DNA from: Euprymna scolopes | Taxonomy: Eukaryota | Assembly: GCA_053919585.1 (NCBI GenBank) | Contig: CM132805.1 | Reading direction: 5' to 3' (one strand) | Length of the DNA stretch: 64,000 nt | Part shown: in pieces, positions 38,655 through 52,189 of the stretch | Numbering within the stretch: position 1 is the first letter of the stretch | How the letters are laid out: every line of letters starts with the position of its first letter | Program-made: the position numbers and the translations under genes | The notes under the pieces: model-generated | The model's input: the letters and a program-made list of their open reading frames with translations, nothing else | Databases searched by the model: none | What the model was told of the DNA's origin: nothing

Positions 38655-41610
38655 TCAATATTTTTTCCTTTTGGGGTTCATTATCATTGGGTCTATAGCC
38701 TTTTTTTCCCTTCCCGATCTCCTCGGTTCGGAGATGGTCTGTAGTGGTTCAATATTAAATGTTTCGTATACTATATGAATTGGATCTTCCGGTTCCTTAG
38801 GTTTGTCCTGTTCGTTGTCCTTATGACGTTTTCTCAATTGATTTTGGTGTCGTTTGTGTATCCCTTTTGGACCTTTTATCATGTAGACAAAGTCGCCGAT
38901 TCATTTATCTACCTACCTGACTCCCAATATGACATTATTTTTAAACATTTAAAATATACCTGATCACCAGGTTTAAACCTTTTACGTGATGTGTGTGTCG
39001 TTTTATATACGACTGCTTGCTTTGGTATTAATTTATCAAATGATGATTTTATTTTTCTCGCAAACATTAATTCTGCTGGCGATAATTTCGGTGTATTTGG
39101 GTTCTCAGTTATCCTGTATATTTGCAGGAACTGTTGTAATGCTTTATCCGTCGGTGTCCCTATCGATTTTCTAAGGGCACGCTTCATCGTATCTACGAAC
39201 CTTTCCGCTAATCCATTTGATTGGAACGGTGGTGTAGTTATATGGTTTACCTGAAACGATTCACAAAGTAAATTGTGTTCTTTTATCTGTGACTACAATG
39301 TCTGGTACCCCAAAACGTGCAAATATTTCATGCAGAAAACTTAGTGTTATCTGTCCTTCGGTTTTTGACCCGCTTTACGTTCGGCCATCTGGGAAAACTA
39401 TCTACTATGATTAGGTAGTATTGCCCCTCGATCGGTCCAGCAAAGTCTAGATGAATGCGTGACCATGGATGGTCAGTTTTTTTCCAAGGTTTATGAACTA
39501 TCGGTGGTGCCTTAGCGGCTAACGCACAACCTTTACATTTGTTTACTGTTAATGCAATATCCACATCCATATTACGCCAGTAAACATAACTCCTCATAAG
39601 TATCTTCATCCTATTTATACCCGGGTGTCCTGTATGAAAATCACGTAAGATTTTTTCTGCAAGGTTTTCGGTACAACCACTCTAACTATATAATAATACT
39701 TCATTGCATAAGGAAAATATACTTTGCGTTTTTCAGTCATTTTCCCTTAATTTTTTCTTTATGTCTTTGATGACGTCGTCATTTTCAGCCTCCCTTTTTA
39801 TATCGGTAAGTGTGACTGGTAATTCTCTTATATTCGCCACCATGTTTTTCCCTCATAATTGGAACGTATAGCTGCAATTACTGGCTCTTCAAAGGTTTCA
39901 TCCCTTTTCGGTATAAGCCTTGACAATCCATCCGCATGACCTATTTTTCCCGAACGTAGATATTATATTTGAAAATCATAATTTAGCAAGATCGTACCCC
40001 AACGGAGTAACCGATTTGCCGTATATACTGGTAAGCCCTTTTTTTGAGCCGAAAATAGTCACTAGGGGCTTGTGGTCTGTTTCCAGTATAAAAATGTCTT
40101 CCGTACCGATAACGGTGGAATTTCGTCACGGCGAAAATAATGCTTAATGCTTCCTTTTCTATTTGGGAGTAAGCCTTCTGACGGAATTAGGGTCCTTGAA
40201 GCATGCGCTATAGGTTTCTTCGTTCCATCTGGCATGATATGCTGTATACATGCTCCTATACCATACGAGCTCGCGTCACTCGCAACAATTACTTGTAATT
40301 CTGAATCGTAATAAGTTAAGGATATATCCGACGTCAAAGTCTTTTTAATTTCCTCAAATCAGTCTTGACATTCTTTTGTCCATATCTATGGTGTTTCTTT
40401 AATAATTCGTTCAGCGGAGCTCTTAGGTCGTGCATACCTTTTGATAAATACTTGGTAGTTCGCGAGGCCTAAGAAGCTCTGTAAAGTCGTCACGTTATGT
40501 TGCATGTTCCTAATTGCTATCGCTCTTTCTGGATCAGCGCGTCGACCATCTTTACTTATTATATGTCCTAAATACTTGATTTCCTCTAGACAAAACTCAC
40601 ATTTGCTTTCTTTCACCTTGAATCCGTACTCGTTTATTCTTGTGAACAATTGTTTTAAATGCTCTATATGTTCACTTATGGACGCGCTCCTTATGATTAT
40701 GTCATCCAAGTATACACAAGCACAATCTAAACCGTTAACATTGTGTCCATCGCTTGCTGGAATATCGCCGGCGCGACTTTTATCGCGAACGGTAATCGGT
40801 TATACTTTAACCATTTGTGCGTGTTAATGCATAACATCTTTGGGCATTTTTCTTCTATCGGAATTTGCAAATAGGCGTCGGACAAATGTACTTTCGAAAA
40901 CATTTTCCCACCATTTAGTTTGGCAAAAATCTCTTCCGGGCTTGGTAAAGGGTAATGGTGATCTTGTAGCATATTATTTAACCCGGTTGAAAAATCTCCG
41001 CAGACTCGAATTTGTTCCGATTTCTTCTTTACGTACACCGTAGGCGCTGCCCAAACGCTAGTTTCGATTTTCGATAAAATGCCCGTTCTTTCAAGTCTAA
41101 TTCGCTATCTATTTTGTCTAATCCGGCGAACGGCACGTTCTGTTTTCTTAAATACTGGTGTTGCATCCTTTTTTTTAGCTCAAACGAAGCTTCAAATTCA
41201 TCTTCCATGTCCCATAGTAAATATTTCTGGGAATTCGTTCTTTAGTTCATTTTCAATATTTTCTGACGTTGTGGTGCAGCTAATTTTTTTATTTTTATTT
41301 TTTTTTTTTTTATTTTTTTTTTATTTTTTTTTTTACAAAAAGCGTTCATCAGTTTATCCCAAAGGTTGAATTTTTCAATAAAATCTGTTCAATAAATTCT
41401 CGCTTTCTTTAATTACGAAGATTTTCAATTTCTTCGTGCCATTTAAATTAATGGGCAGGCCAACTTCTTCGAATTTGATTTTGTCTCCTGTCACTAGCAC
41501 CCTTACTTGACTTTTCAGAGTCGGTTTATCCAGTTTTTCCCCAAGTGCTAACGTTTATTACCGACAAATCTGCTCCAGAATAAAGTTGAAATTTTATTTG
41601 TTTGCCGAAA
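38655..41610 (-). pseudogene. pol: Gypsy pol (protease, RT, RNase H, integrase), frameshifted
   Basis: IRVCGDFSTGLN, YPLPSPEEIF, LSDAYLQI, YLDDIII, VASDASSYGIGA, PWSRIHLDFAGP and SPAELMFARK motifs. Confidence 0.93.
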
Positions 41611-41613
41611 ATA

Positions 41614-42670
41614 TTAACCAACACATTTTCGTAAATTGTCTTTGTCGTTTGTTCTCATTTTGTGTAATCTATATTTTGTTCTGCAACAAATACTCTTATG
41701 TCCAACTTGGTCGCAATTGAAGCATCTGATATTTTTGTAACGACAATCCTTTACCCAATGTTTTTCATCACATCTTCCGCAATTATTACTTGGTCCCCAT
41801 TTTCTATAGTTCCTTTGACTTAAATCATAATTTCGTTTTCTGTAATTAGAGTTTGAGTATTTATAGCTTGCGTAATCTTTTGGATTTTGACGAGTCACTT
41901 TCTTTTCCCTGCGTTTCTGCCAGATTTAATCTGGCTTATGTACGACACTCCTGCTTCTTCTAGATCTCGAGTCTTTTTAGTGATACTGCCCTTTGACAAT
42001 CTTCTAACTTTTGCAGTGTGACACCTTGTTCAGTCTCTAATTTTGAGAGAACGCGTCTTCGGATCTGAATTCTTTGTAGAAACTAGCCCCTGTGCAAAAA
42101 TTAAACATTTGAAGTCGTCCACCGTAAGTTCCGATAATTTAAAATTGACGCAGTGTTTATTCACTACTGACGCATATGTCAGGTAGTCCTGCTTCTCCGT
42201 TTTCTTAAGGTTCATACATGCCCAGCTCCTGTGAAAAAGACTTGTTCGGTCCGAACAACCCCTCCAGAAGGTTTACGGTCTCAGCGAAGTCTAACTGATT
42301 CGTTCTCTTTGGCAGTATGAAATCAAATTTGCAATGTTTACTGGTGCCAAGCTTTCGAAGTAATAAACTTACTTTCTTTGACCAGCTTTCGCAATCTGTT
42401 TGGAAAATATCTTCATACCTCTTAAAGTATGCCTCAAAAGTTTTATCCTCTTCTGGTAGGTACGTGAACACATCTATGCTATTCACAATTGTTGCGTTGG
42501 AAAAAGTCGTATTGATTTTCTGTGCAGAATTAGTCGTTAATCTTTCCAACAAATCTTTTTGACAAAGTTGCATTTAAGAAGCCGTTCATTCTGTCGTCTT
42601 TTTTTTCTGTAATTCGTCTCTTGTTGATGCATTTGCATTTCCGTGAACAACTTGATAAGATTCCCCATTT
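41614..42670 (-). pseudogene. gag: Gypsy gag with two zinc knuckles, frameshifted
   Basis: TFEAYFKRYEDIF, LLLRKLG, FKCLIFAQGL; knuckles CGRCDEKHWVKDC and CFNCDQVGHKSICC. Confidence 0.9.
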
Positions 42671-43282
42671 TGTTTTTCAGATTAGCAAATCAGTCACTTT
42701 TACAATTTCCTTTAATAACTACGAACAACTATTCCTTTTGTTACGTTATTACGTACAAGAATTAAAAAATCCCTTAGTACACTGAGAAAAAAAAAATTAC
42801 TTTTTCTTTCAAAACCCTCTACCTAATAAGTTCACGGTATCCTAGCGAAACACTCCTTTTTGTGCACTTTGCAGAAACAGTTACTGCAACTTTCAAGGTT
42901 TTTTCCGAACGCACTTTGAAATAACGTGCTTGCTGTTTTTTTTTCAAGTGTCCCGGGTTATGAATTTCCTTTTCAAGTAGTCACAAAAAAGGATCTTGGT
43001 GTTTTGCCAGTATCCAGCGCTTGAATATCGTAAACGACAATTTCGTAGTTGCTGCGTTTAATATTAAATTCCAGAGTGAATTTTTTTTCAAATCTTTGAC
43101 GAGTAAGTATTTCCCGAATACCACTGTTGAGTTTGATAGTGTATTTTCTCACGCGCAAATCTTTTTTCGAAATCCCATCGCCACTGTTGTGTCTGTAACA
43201 ATATCATCAACGCCTTTATTTTTATACAAGACTACACAAATATTTCTTAGTTTTTTTTACTCCCACAGATTGCTTATATAAT

Positions 43283-43554
43283 TGTTGTGTCTGTATCAAT
43301 AACAACACGAACGCAGAAAGTAAAGGTAAAACAAATATATTAAGGCGAAAAGATAACACATATTTACAAAGGTGCAGTTGTACTGCAGTTGAAAGATTGT
43401 CCGGCAGAGGGCGTGTTAAAATCTTTCATGGAGCAACCGGCACATGCGTCTTGCCTATCCGGCGTTCGAACACAGCTCCCTGGTCTTGCTGACTTGATAC
43501 CTTTATCTATATCTTTTCACCCACGTATGCTAATTAGTGGGTGTCTTCACAACA
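43283..43554 (-). repeat. 5' LTR (272 bp)
   Basis: Direct repeat of 38352-38623. Confidence 0.95.
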
Positions 43555-43656
43555 ATAATTTAGTGTCGAGTATATCCAAAATATATTTATACCATCGAAT
43601 GAAGTCTATATCGTATCCAATTGTAATAATATTTTAGATTCTATTTCCTTCAAAAC

Positions 43657-43723
<67 letters not shown>

Positions 43724-43726
<3 letters not shown>

Positions 43727-44146
43727 ACAAAAAGTTATATTCCAAAATTCATGATGTTGACCCTCTTATGATTTATTCGTTTAACTCAGTTGATTTATAC
43801 AATTTTTGTCAGTATCTGTTTCGTAGCGCAAAATCAATCACTTAATTATTATATCAATCAAAATTCCAAATGTCGTAATGGAAAAATAAAAAAAATCTAT
43901 ATGCAGCTTCTCTTCCAATTTTCGGATTTTAATCATGTTAAGTCACACTTCATTTCCTTGGGTTGATTGTTTCTATTTCTTCTGATGAGTTAAGGGCATA
44001 ATTGATTCACTGATTGATATAATAATTAAGTGATTGATTTTGCGCTACGAAACAGATACTGTCAAGAATTGCATAAGTCAACTGAATTAAAGAATAAATT
44101 ATAAGATGGTCAACATCATTAATTTTGGAATATAACTTTTTGTTAT
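43724..44146. mobile_element. Penelope-like inverted terminal structure (~135-bp arms)
   Basis: 43726-43860 is the reverse complement of 44011-44144. It contains a hammerhead and is flanked by (TA)n. Confidence 0.7.
43977..44068 (+). ncRNA. Type I hammerhead ribozyme with ~60-nt stem II
   Basis: TTCTT-CTGATGA-[GT..GCA..TCACT..AGTGA..TGC..AC]-GAAA-CAG-ata-CTG-TC-AAGAA. The core is intact and the cleavage triplet is GUC. Confidence 0.75.
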
Positions 44147-44215
44147 TTATTCTCTCTTAATAAGAATTGGTATATATTATAAGAAAATATATTTCTACAG
44201 ATATATAAATAAATA

Positions 44216-44280
<65 letters not shown>

Positions 44281-44686
44281 GACAGAGAGAGAAAAAATGG
44301 ATGGATTGAGTAATAGATTACGTGGAATATTCTTCGATAAAATATAGATTTCACTATCATGAATATACGTGTATATAATTACTGCACCAGGTGCGAGCTG
44401 ATCATCCAAAATGCCGACGATGCTATTGATCAAACTTAAGTAACCTTTCTTTCCACCCAGATTATAAATGAGGTTTGGCATGTGCTTTACGATGTAGCCC
44501 ACCTAACAAGAACATAGAAAATGCAAGAGAAATGGGAAAATTACTTACAGGAGTGAGCAAAGGTACTGGAATATAGAAAGAAAGAGTAGAGAAGCAAAAG
44601 CAAGCAAAAAAAAAACCTAGGAGAGCGTTTGAAAGAGAAAGGTAGACTAGTATAAAACGGAGTATTAAGTAAAAAACTATAATACA

Positions 44687-44753
<67 letters not shown>

Positions 44754-46734
44754 ATCCAATGATTACTTGGGATCATCTTCCAATTACGCGATTCCCTTGG
44801 ATTTTATTTTGCGAATGGATATTTAACTAACTTTCTTGGATTCTGCATCTTTGGATTTTACCGTCATTGGATGTTTTCCCCTTCACCAAACTGTCCATTC
44901 ACGTGAAATCATTTTTTATTCACCATATCCCCTCTGCTTCACTTTTTGTTATCAAGTCAGATCTATGACTTACTTGTAGTTTCATCAAATACTTTTGCAA
45001 GCAAAATCCGATCCTACCCTCTGATGAGAAGGAAAGTATTAAGGACTATCCACTTATTTTGTGCTTCCTTTTTAAAATGAAATATGTTTTTAACTCTTTT
45101 TCAAATTGTTTTTCAACATGTTTTATTAACCCCTTGTACTTATATATATATATATATATATTGTTTACGTAATATATATTGTTTATGTAATATATATATA
45201 TTGTTTATGTAATCAGTTGCACAGTAAAGTTGAAACCTTACTGCTGCTTTCAGAATTGATAAACGAAATATTCAGTTGCTTTGTTTTTTTTTGCTTGTTT
45301 TTTTTTTTTCTTTTTTTTTTAGTATGCATGCACGTCTCTATCGCTTTATCCCTTCTCCCTTTCTTGTTTCTTCGCTCTTATTACTCTATGTTTATTTTTT
45401 ATAAAGAGAGAGCAAGTGTTTTTAAACAGTTGAAGCTTGGACTCCAAACAAGATGAGTTGCGAGTTAGCGTCGCTACAACGGGCGTGGGTCTACAATCAA
45501 TATGCTCTTTTTAATTGGTAAAAATAAAATAATCTTTATTTTGATCTAAAAATATGTCTTGTCCCTTTTTTTGTACAATCGTTCAATTCCATCCCGACGG
45601 TTTCTGTTATCAACAAAGCCGCTAAAATCCTGCCCGTAATAACGTCAAGAAGAGACTCACCAGCAGATGTAGCTGACATCAAATCAACGCTACTCAACTC
45701 TAGTGATTAATCTTTGATATTTCTATCGCCGATATATCTACCGTTTGATCGTGTCTATCACTCGGGGAGCTTGTTGCCGTTTCCAGGACCTGAGAACAGG
45801 CCAAGAAATTTACCCACGACAAACCAAGTAATACTCCTCGGCAAACGATCGGATTATATTTGTCATTGTATCTATTTCGTATCATTTGTCACTTATTGTT
45901 TTTTTTAATGATATTCAGGCACTCATATAGTATGTGCCCCTCCCCAAAGCGTTACACGTTTAGTGTATTGATAATAGTTAAGAAAGAAAAAAAAAACTAA
46001 TTCCTTGTTGTTCGTTAAGTATATAGTTCAAGACATTTGCCAATGCGAGTATTTCAATGTAAATGGGATCTATTTCTCGCCTTTCCTAATAGAAGCTGTC
46101 ATGTAGTTTCTAATCATGTAAAAGCTAGTTTTCCAACTGTCCGTTCACAGAACATGTATATCTTTTCCAATTATAATAATTATAAAAATGTATTAAATGA
46201 AAATACAATCAAATCAGTAAATCGGTGTCCTCCTCATGCTCTGTTAATACTTGAGGGAAGCGATTTTTATATACAGCATATTTTGATAGAGAGCAACGAC
46301 AAATACAAGTAATAGTAGAAGCAATAATAATAAAACAAGCCATAGTACTAATGCTATCACTGGCAATTGCATTGGACGGTGACGGTTAGTTTGGTTATGT
46401 ATGAAATACGCAAACTGAAACATAATCGTCGTTTAGCGTTCAATGTTATTACTGAAAAGTAAAGAGAAAAAATATAAGTTATTGCCCTAACAGGCTTCGG
46501 TATAAAAGTAATTTAGCTATTTTAATACTCCGTTATTACTTAACAAAAGGGAATGTTTTGTACGATATATTCTGAAGGAAAGCAATGGTAAAATAAAAGT
46601 ATTAGTAATAGTAGTAGTAATACAAGTGTAACGATACATTTGTCGCCATAAAGAAAACAACACAGCAGCTTCATTTTAAAACTTTTACCGAAAAAAATCA
46701 ATTCCGGTAACTTGATTATGTAGTAGAGCTGACA

Positions 46735-48260
46735 GCTATTCAATGTAGCCGCTTTCAGCGTCAATCATCGGCAAGAGCTCGTCGATTACTCGGTGGATGG
46801 TGGCGATCAGACAAGCGTTGGTGTTGTAGTAGGTCATGTTGCTGATGATCTCGAAGTAGTTCAGCGTGTTCAGGTTGGGACAGAAGGGGCCAGTGAGAGA
46901 AGGGTAAAAAGTCGCAGAACTCCTTCTGAAGCCACCGCTGGGTCTCTTCGAACGTGTGAGCCGACGCCGAGTCCTGCTATCACACCCAGGGTCTACCTGA
47001 TTGTACCTGGGAGTCACAATTCTTTTCAGTACATCAAGGTACCTTTTGGTGTTGATTTTAAGTCGGCTTCGAAGATGTGAGATGGCATGATGTGACACTC
47101 ACTTGTAATTACACCAAAGACTATAACTGTGGCCGGAAACTTTGTTACTGTTATTCATGGCAATCTAGCGATGGTTCTGGCTGTTAGGCACCTAGTCCTG
47201 CCAGAACAACCAGGGCATGTTTGGCTTGTTGGAATGCTTCAGTTTGTTGAGCAACCTGACGGACTTAATTAGCCTGAGATGTTTTGGTCTTCTTTATCAA
47301 ATCTTGCTTGTCTATCGCCTGTAGGCCCCGTGTTTTGATAAGCTTCTGGGTTTGACCTTTACTCCTGATCTGAAATGAAACACGTACATCAAGTCTGTTG
47401 CCAAGGTCGCTGGAAAGATGGTGGGATCCTTCTACCACTCCAGAAGATATCTCACTACTGATACAATTCTCTATCTATATAAAAGCCAAGTACGTCCAAG
47501 GATGGAATAATGTTGCCATATCTGGGCAGGAGCTGCTAAAAACAGCATATCCTGCCTTGACAGAGTACAAAATAGACTTCGTGGCTTAGTGGGGGATGCC
47601 CTTTTCTCTACCCTGCAACCTCTCTCCCACAGAAGAGACGTTGCGAGCCTATCCTTGTTTTATCGTTATTTCCATGGCAGGTGCTCGTCTGAACTCCAAT
47701 CTCTGGTCCCCCCTCGCCAATCATTCACGAAAAACACCCGTCTAGCTGAATCCACTGTCAAAAGTTTCCCCCACTCTTTATCTGTGCCTAAATCAAAACG
47801 CGGATTCCATGAACAAAGCTTCTTTCTTAGAACTGCACGCCTGTGGAACTCTGTTCCGTCTGCCTGCTTCCCACCGGACTACAACTTGGATGTGTTCAAG
47901 TCCATCGTTAACAAATTTCTAATGAACCGCCCCCTTAAGTAAACACTTCATCAAATATCCACACTAACGTAATGTACTTGCAATAACCCTTATCCGTGAG
48001 TGGCTTCCGTGCCTTGATAAGTGGTGATCACTGTGTAAGAAAAAAAGGACCAACACGTCAAGTTCTTCTTCACACACGCATTCACAATTGTGTGTGAGAC
48101 ACCTTAATCTCTGACAATTTACTCAATTAGTCGCTGGAGAGTTTCGTCAATGATTGCCTGTACTCTTTCGATGAACTCCTTGCTCCGAGTATTCCTGGCG
48201 GTGTCCTCGGACTTTATAGTACCCCCCCCCCCTACAGCAAAGTGGCAATGTGGCTTGTTA
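46735..48260 (-). mobile_element. Decayed Tc1/mariner-type transposon interrupted by a LINE
   Basis: The minus strand encodes INTKRYLDVLK, QDSASAH and SHWP..PNLNTLNYF. It resumes after 48047. Confidence 0.75.
47322..48047 (+). mobile_element. 5'-truncated CR1/L2-group LINE
   Basis: LQPLSHRRDVASLSLFYRYFHGRCSSEL..RTARLWNSVP, then the 3' UTR and an A tail. Confidence 0.93.
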
Positions 48261-49022
48261 AGGGTGAAATTGTAATTAAAACATCATTTTTTTGTTTGAA
48301 ACGTTAGCTGTTTAAATACACACAGCTTTATTTTTTTTTAATTTTGTCATTTTCGATGTTAAAGGAAATGCCAAGGAAATTATTTCTGGTTTTCAAATAA
48401 TTTGCATTTACCTACGAAATGTCTTCTAATATGTAACGGCAAGTATCCTATTTAAAATTGGCGCCAACCAGCGTAATGTGCCTATCAATTTAAACTGACT
48501 ACCATCGTTAATAAGAACATGTTTTTCTTCATTCCACGAGGATTTAATCTCCAAGGAATTTAAAATGGAAAATGAAGAAAAAAAAAATTTCTGGATAGAA
48601 ACCTCTAAAAAAAATATATATATATTTGTGTAAATATCCTATACACAAGTTTTAAGTATGTAGATCAAAAAACCGTCGAGTATATTAGTCGAGAAAAATC
48701 CTCACACACACACACATGCTCACTTTTATAGATATATCGATAGATATACATCCAAATAACTTTTTGCTAATGTCAAAGAAAATTCATTTCATCAGGATTT
48801 TAAAGACGATTTTTTGTAGGCAAGAAATACAGCATTCTCATTTGTCCAAACAATAAAATAGAAATAAATTGAAAACTTCTCATCAGAAATTCATAGAAAA
48901 TATTTCCCATAGGGTATAGACAAATTAATATTTTTTCAGCATATCTATAAAACTATTGCTTTTTTCAAGCCATCAAAGTCTTCATAAAACATCGCTATTG
49001 CAAGCGGAAGTGATGTTGTTTT

Positions 49023-49084
<62 letters not shown>

Positions 49085-49149
49085 TAAATATATATAATTT
49101 GAGGTTGCTATTTTCCAAAGGTAGGGGAACCAGTGAAATATGACGAGTT

Positions 49150-49732
49150 GTATAAAAAGTGCTCAATACAGAAGTAGTGCAAGTTGCATTTTAGATTTGT
49201 CTTTACATACGCAGTAGTTTGTTGCTACACAGTCATGAGCATGCTTCGGTCTACTAGTATTTACTACTAGACACCTCATCAGGCAACAACTCTCATTTTC
49301 GAAAACGGAATTCTAAATGAAGAGCGAAAATTAATACTCAGCAAAATAAAGCCTTTTTTAACAGGTTATGAGGGTGAAGATTCAGTTTCTCGGAGAACAG
49401 GGTTGAATTGGGTGCGAATTTGTTAGTTTATTCATTCTCGTATTAGTTTATTTACTTATTTATCGGTGTCTTTATTCATTTTCATGTTGGTGTTAGGCGT
49501 TAGGGTTCGTGGGTGGAGGGGATTGGGTTTCAAATCTAGAGCTATACAGATGTTATCTTCAACAAGCGAGATACTCGTTTTTCTTTAGTTCGACGCTTGT
49601 CTGAGACTTTCGAGGGTCAGTGTGTCATAAAATTCCCCTTTTTTAGTTTATTTTAATTTAATATACCTTATATCTGAGAAGAGGTATGGAATTTATCCAG
49701 GTCTATTGACTTGGGTGCATCAGCTTGAATCG
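49150..49732 (-). mobile_element. Penelope-like 3' region with a degenerate hammerhead (49233-49288)
   Basis: Minus strand: CTGATGA-GGT..CTAGTA-gtaaa-TACTAG..ACC-GAA-GCATGC-TC. The aaaagtgctcaatac motif lies at 49155. Confidence 0.55.
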
Positions 49733-50449
49733 ANNNNNNNNNNNNNNNNNNNNNNNNNNNNNNNNNNNNNNNNNNNNNNNNNNNNNNNNNNNNNNNNNNN
49801 NNNNNNNNNNNNNNNNNNNNNNNNNNNNNNNNNNNNNNNNNNNNNNNNNNNNNNNNNNNNNNNAACTGAAACCAAAAAAGTATACATCCAAAAATTATCG
49901 TCTCCTTTTAGGTGAGATGAACGTATTCGAAGGGGAAGGGGGCTTATTATGTAGACTGTTGGTGATCTTGAAGTGGAATCCAACTTACGAAGTCAATGGT
50001 GATTTTCTAATCGGGATGGAATCTGTCGAACAGCAATAATTACCATTTCTGCAAAACTGCAATGAAGATTTATACGACCCAAAATCTTGATTGTATTCAC
50101 AACACCGATTTTTCTTAAAGCTTTGCGCTGATCTTAGATTTTTACTATTGACATATTTCGGTTAGTGGACCGTCTCTCTTCCTCATACTAACGACTGTCA
50201 ACTTTCCTCTCTGACTACACACTATTGACTAATTTCTACGTGTTTCGCTAAAAATCTTTCACCTCTCCCCTCTCCAGTAAATGATGATACCAACATGTAT
50301 TACAACACTACCATCGTTTGATCATTCACATAGTCACCGACGTTTATTTTTACTCACGATTTCCTTTTACCCAGTCAAAATTTATAGGGACTATATTAAT
50401 GAAAATATTTTCTCAAGTTAAATACTTTTTTTCGCTTTGATAACATTGT

Positions 50450-50662
50450 TTCTTTCGGGTCAAGATCACAGTGTAGTATCTGTTCTAATGCTATATTTCA
50501 TCTTTCCCGTCCTCGCTCAGTGGAAGAGACATCTTTTATAACTGAGAAAATTCTATATTTTTGTCTCTATCCAGAATGCCCTTTTTGGGGAACTTGGGTT
50601 TTCGCACATTAAAAACCGGTCTTTGTATTTTACTCCACCCTCGTGGGGAGTCAAGTAAATAG
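50450..50662 (+). mobile_element. U2 snRNA-headed SINE-like retroposon, monomer
   Basis: Starts ttctttcgggtcAAGATCAcAGTGTAGTATCTGTTCTaAT (U2). Body and tail are similar to 9028-9190 on the minus strand. A 9-bp TSD TAACATTGT lies at 50441-50449 and 50663-50671. Confidence 0.8.
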
Positions 50663-50764
50663 TAACATTGTCCCTGTTTCTATTTTTACCAATATCTACA
50701 ACGATCATAATAATAATTATTCAGCCAATTGGACGTTGCCCGGTACAACTATGTAATATTTACG

Positions 50765-51133
50765 ATTTCGCAAATTTTATTTCGTAAATTTTACTTCATA
50801 AATTTTATTTCATAAATTTCACTTCGCAAATTTATTTCGTATATTTTAATTCACACATTATATTTCGTAAATTTCACTTCGCAAATATTATTTCGTAAAT
50901 TTCATTTCGCAAAACTTATTTCGTAAATTTCGCTTCACAAATTGTATTTCATAAATTAAACTCCGAAATTTTATCTTCTAAATTTCACTTCGCAAATTTT
51001 ATTTCGTACTTTTACATCACAAATTTTATTTCGTAAATTTCACTTCGCACATTTTATTTCGTAAATTTCATTTCACAAATTATATTTCGCAAATTTCACT
51101 TCGCAAATATTATATAGTAGATTTCACTTCGTA
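50765..51133. repeat. Minisatellite, ~28-bp unit (AAATTTCACTTCGC + AAATTTTATTTCGT)
   Basis: Visible alternating 14-bp subunits. Confidence 0.92.
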
Positions 51134-52189
51134 GAAAAAAAATAGTGTATATTGTTAGGTAATTCGTCTAGTAACACGCATTCAAACTTGTCCATATGTT
51201 TGTCTGTATGTTTGTCTGTTTATATGCCTAGTCGTCTACTTCTGCATCTCTCTCTCTCTCTCTCTCTCCCGCTTTCTCGTTTCTATATAGTGTAACGCAT
51301 AACACATTTTTATTTCCTTCTTCATACCCCAGCCGGGTGCGTTTGTCTTTCTCCGGATTATGTGATAAATATGTTTTTTTTTTCAACTTCCGACGACCAG
51401 ACGTCGATTCTATTCGAAAGAAACATGAGAAATTATCTTGCCTATCTCGTGTAATATTTTCTTTTCTTTTTTGTTAAACGTATCTTTTATTTTTTGTTTT
51501 GTTTTTTTTCTACCAAAACACGTCCGCAGATGAGGGCTTCTCGCTTTATATTGTTCTTGTTGTTTTTGGTTATTTATCAGTTTGGGGGTTAGACTTTAAA
51601 GCACGCAAGAATACAAAAACGCGACAAGATAGATAAATACACACACGTTTTCTTTCGTTAAACTATAATCCTTAACACGGATTATTGTTTTTATTTTCGC
51701 CGCAGTTATCGGCGCATAATATATCCTCAACATCACTTTCATATAGCCGTAAATTGAAAGATATCAGAAAACAGNNNNNNNNNNNNNNNNNNNNNNNNNN
51801 NNNNNNNNNNNNNNNNNNNNNNNNNNNNNNNNNNNNNNNNNNNNNNNNNNNNNNNNNNNNNNNNNNNNNNNNNNNNNNNNNNNNNNNNNNNNNNNNNNNN
51901 NNNNNNNNNNNNNNNNNNNNNNNNNNNNNNNNNNNNNNNNNNNNNNNNNNNNNNNNNNNNNNNNNNNNNNNNNNNNNNNNNNNNNNNNNNNNNNNNNNNN
52001 NNNNNNNNNNNNNNNNNNNNNNNNNNNNNNNNNNNNNNNNNNNNNNNNNNNNNNNNNNNNNNNNNNNNNNNNNNNNNNNNNNNNNNNNNNNNNNNNNNNN
52101 NNNNNNNNNNNNNNNNNNNNNNNNNNNNNTCACTTCACAGTTTGAAAACAGAATAAATTCTTCTTAAATGACTGTATTTAATTAATTTT

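Larger units (their letters stand above)
38352..43554 (-). mobile_element. Ty3/Gypsy LTR retrotransposon (Mag/K02A2.6-like), near full length, frameshifted
   Basis: LTRs are TG..CA. TSD ATAAT lies at 38347-38351 and 43555-43559. The PBS is TGGCGATGGGAT (43172-43183) and the PPT is AGAGGGGG (38624-38631). Domain order is gag-PR-RT-RH-IN. Confidence 0.96.

Noticed and set aside
38458-38778. Similar plus-strand ORFs at 38458 and 43389
   Set aside because: They are antisense translations of the two LTRs, not duplicated genes.
50450-50490. Functional U2 snRNA gene
   Set aside because: Only the 5' ~40 nt is present, with no Sm site or 3' stems, and it is fused to a repeat body inside a TSD.
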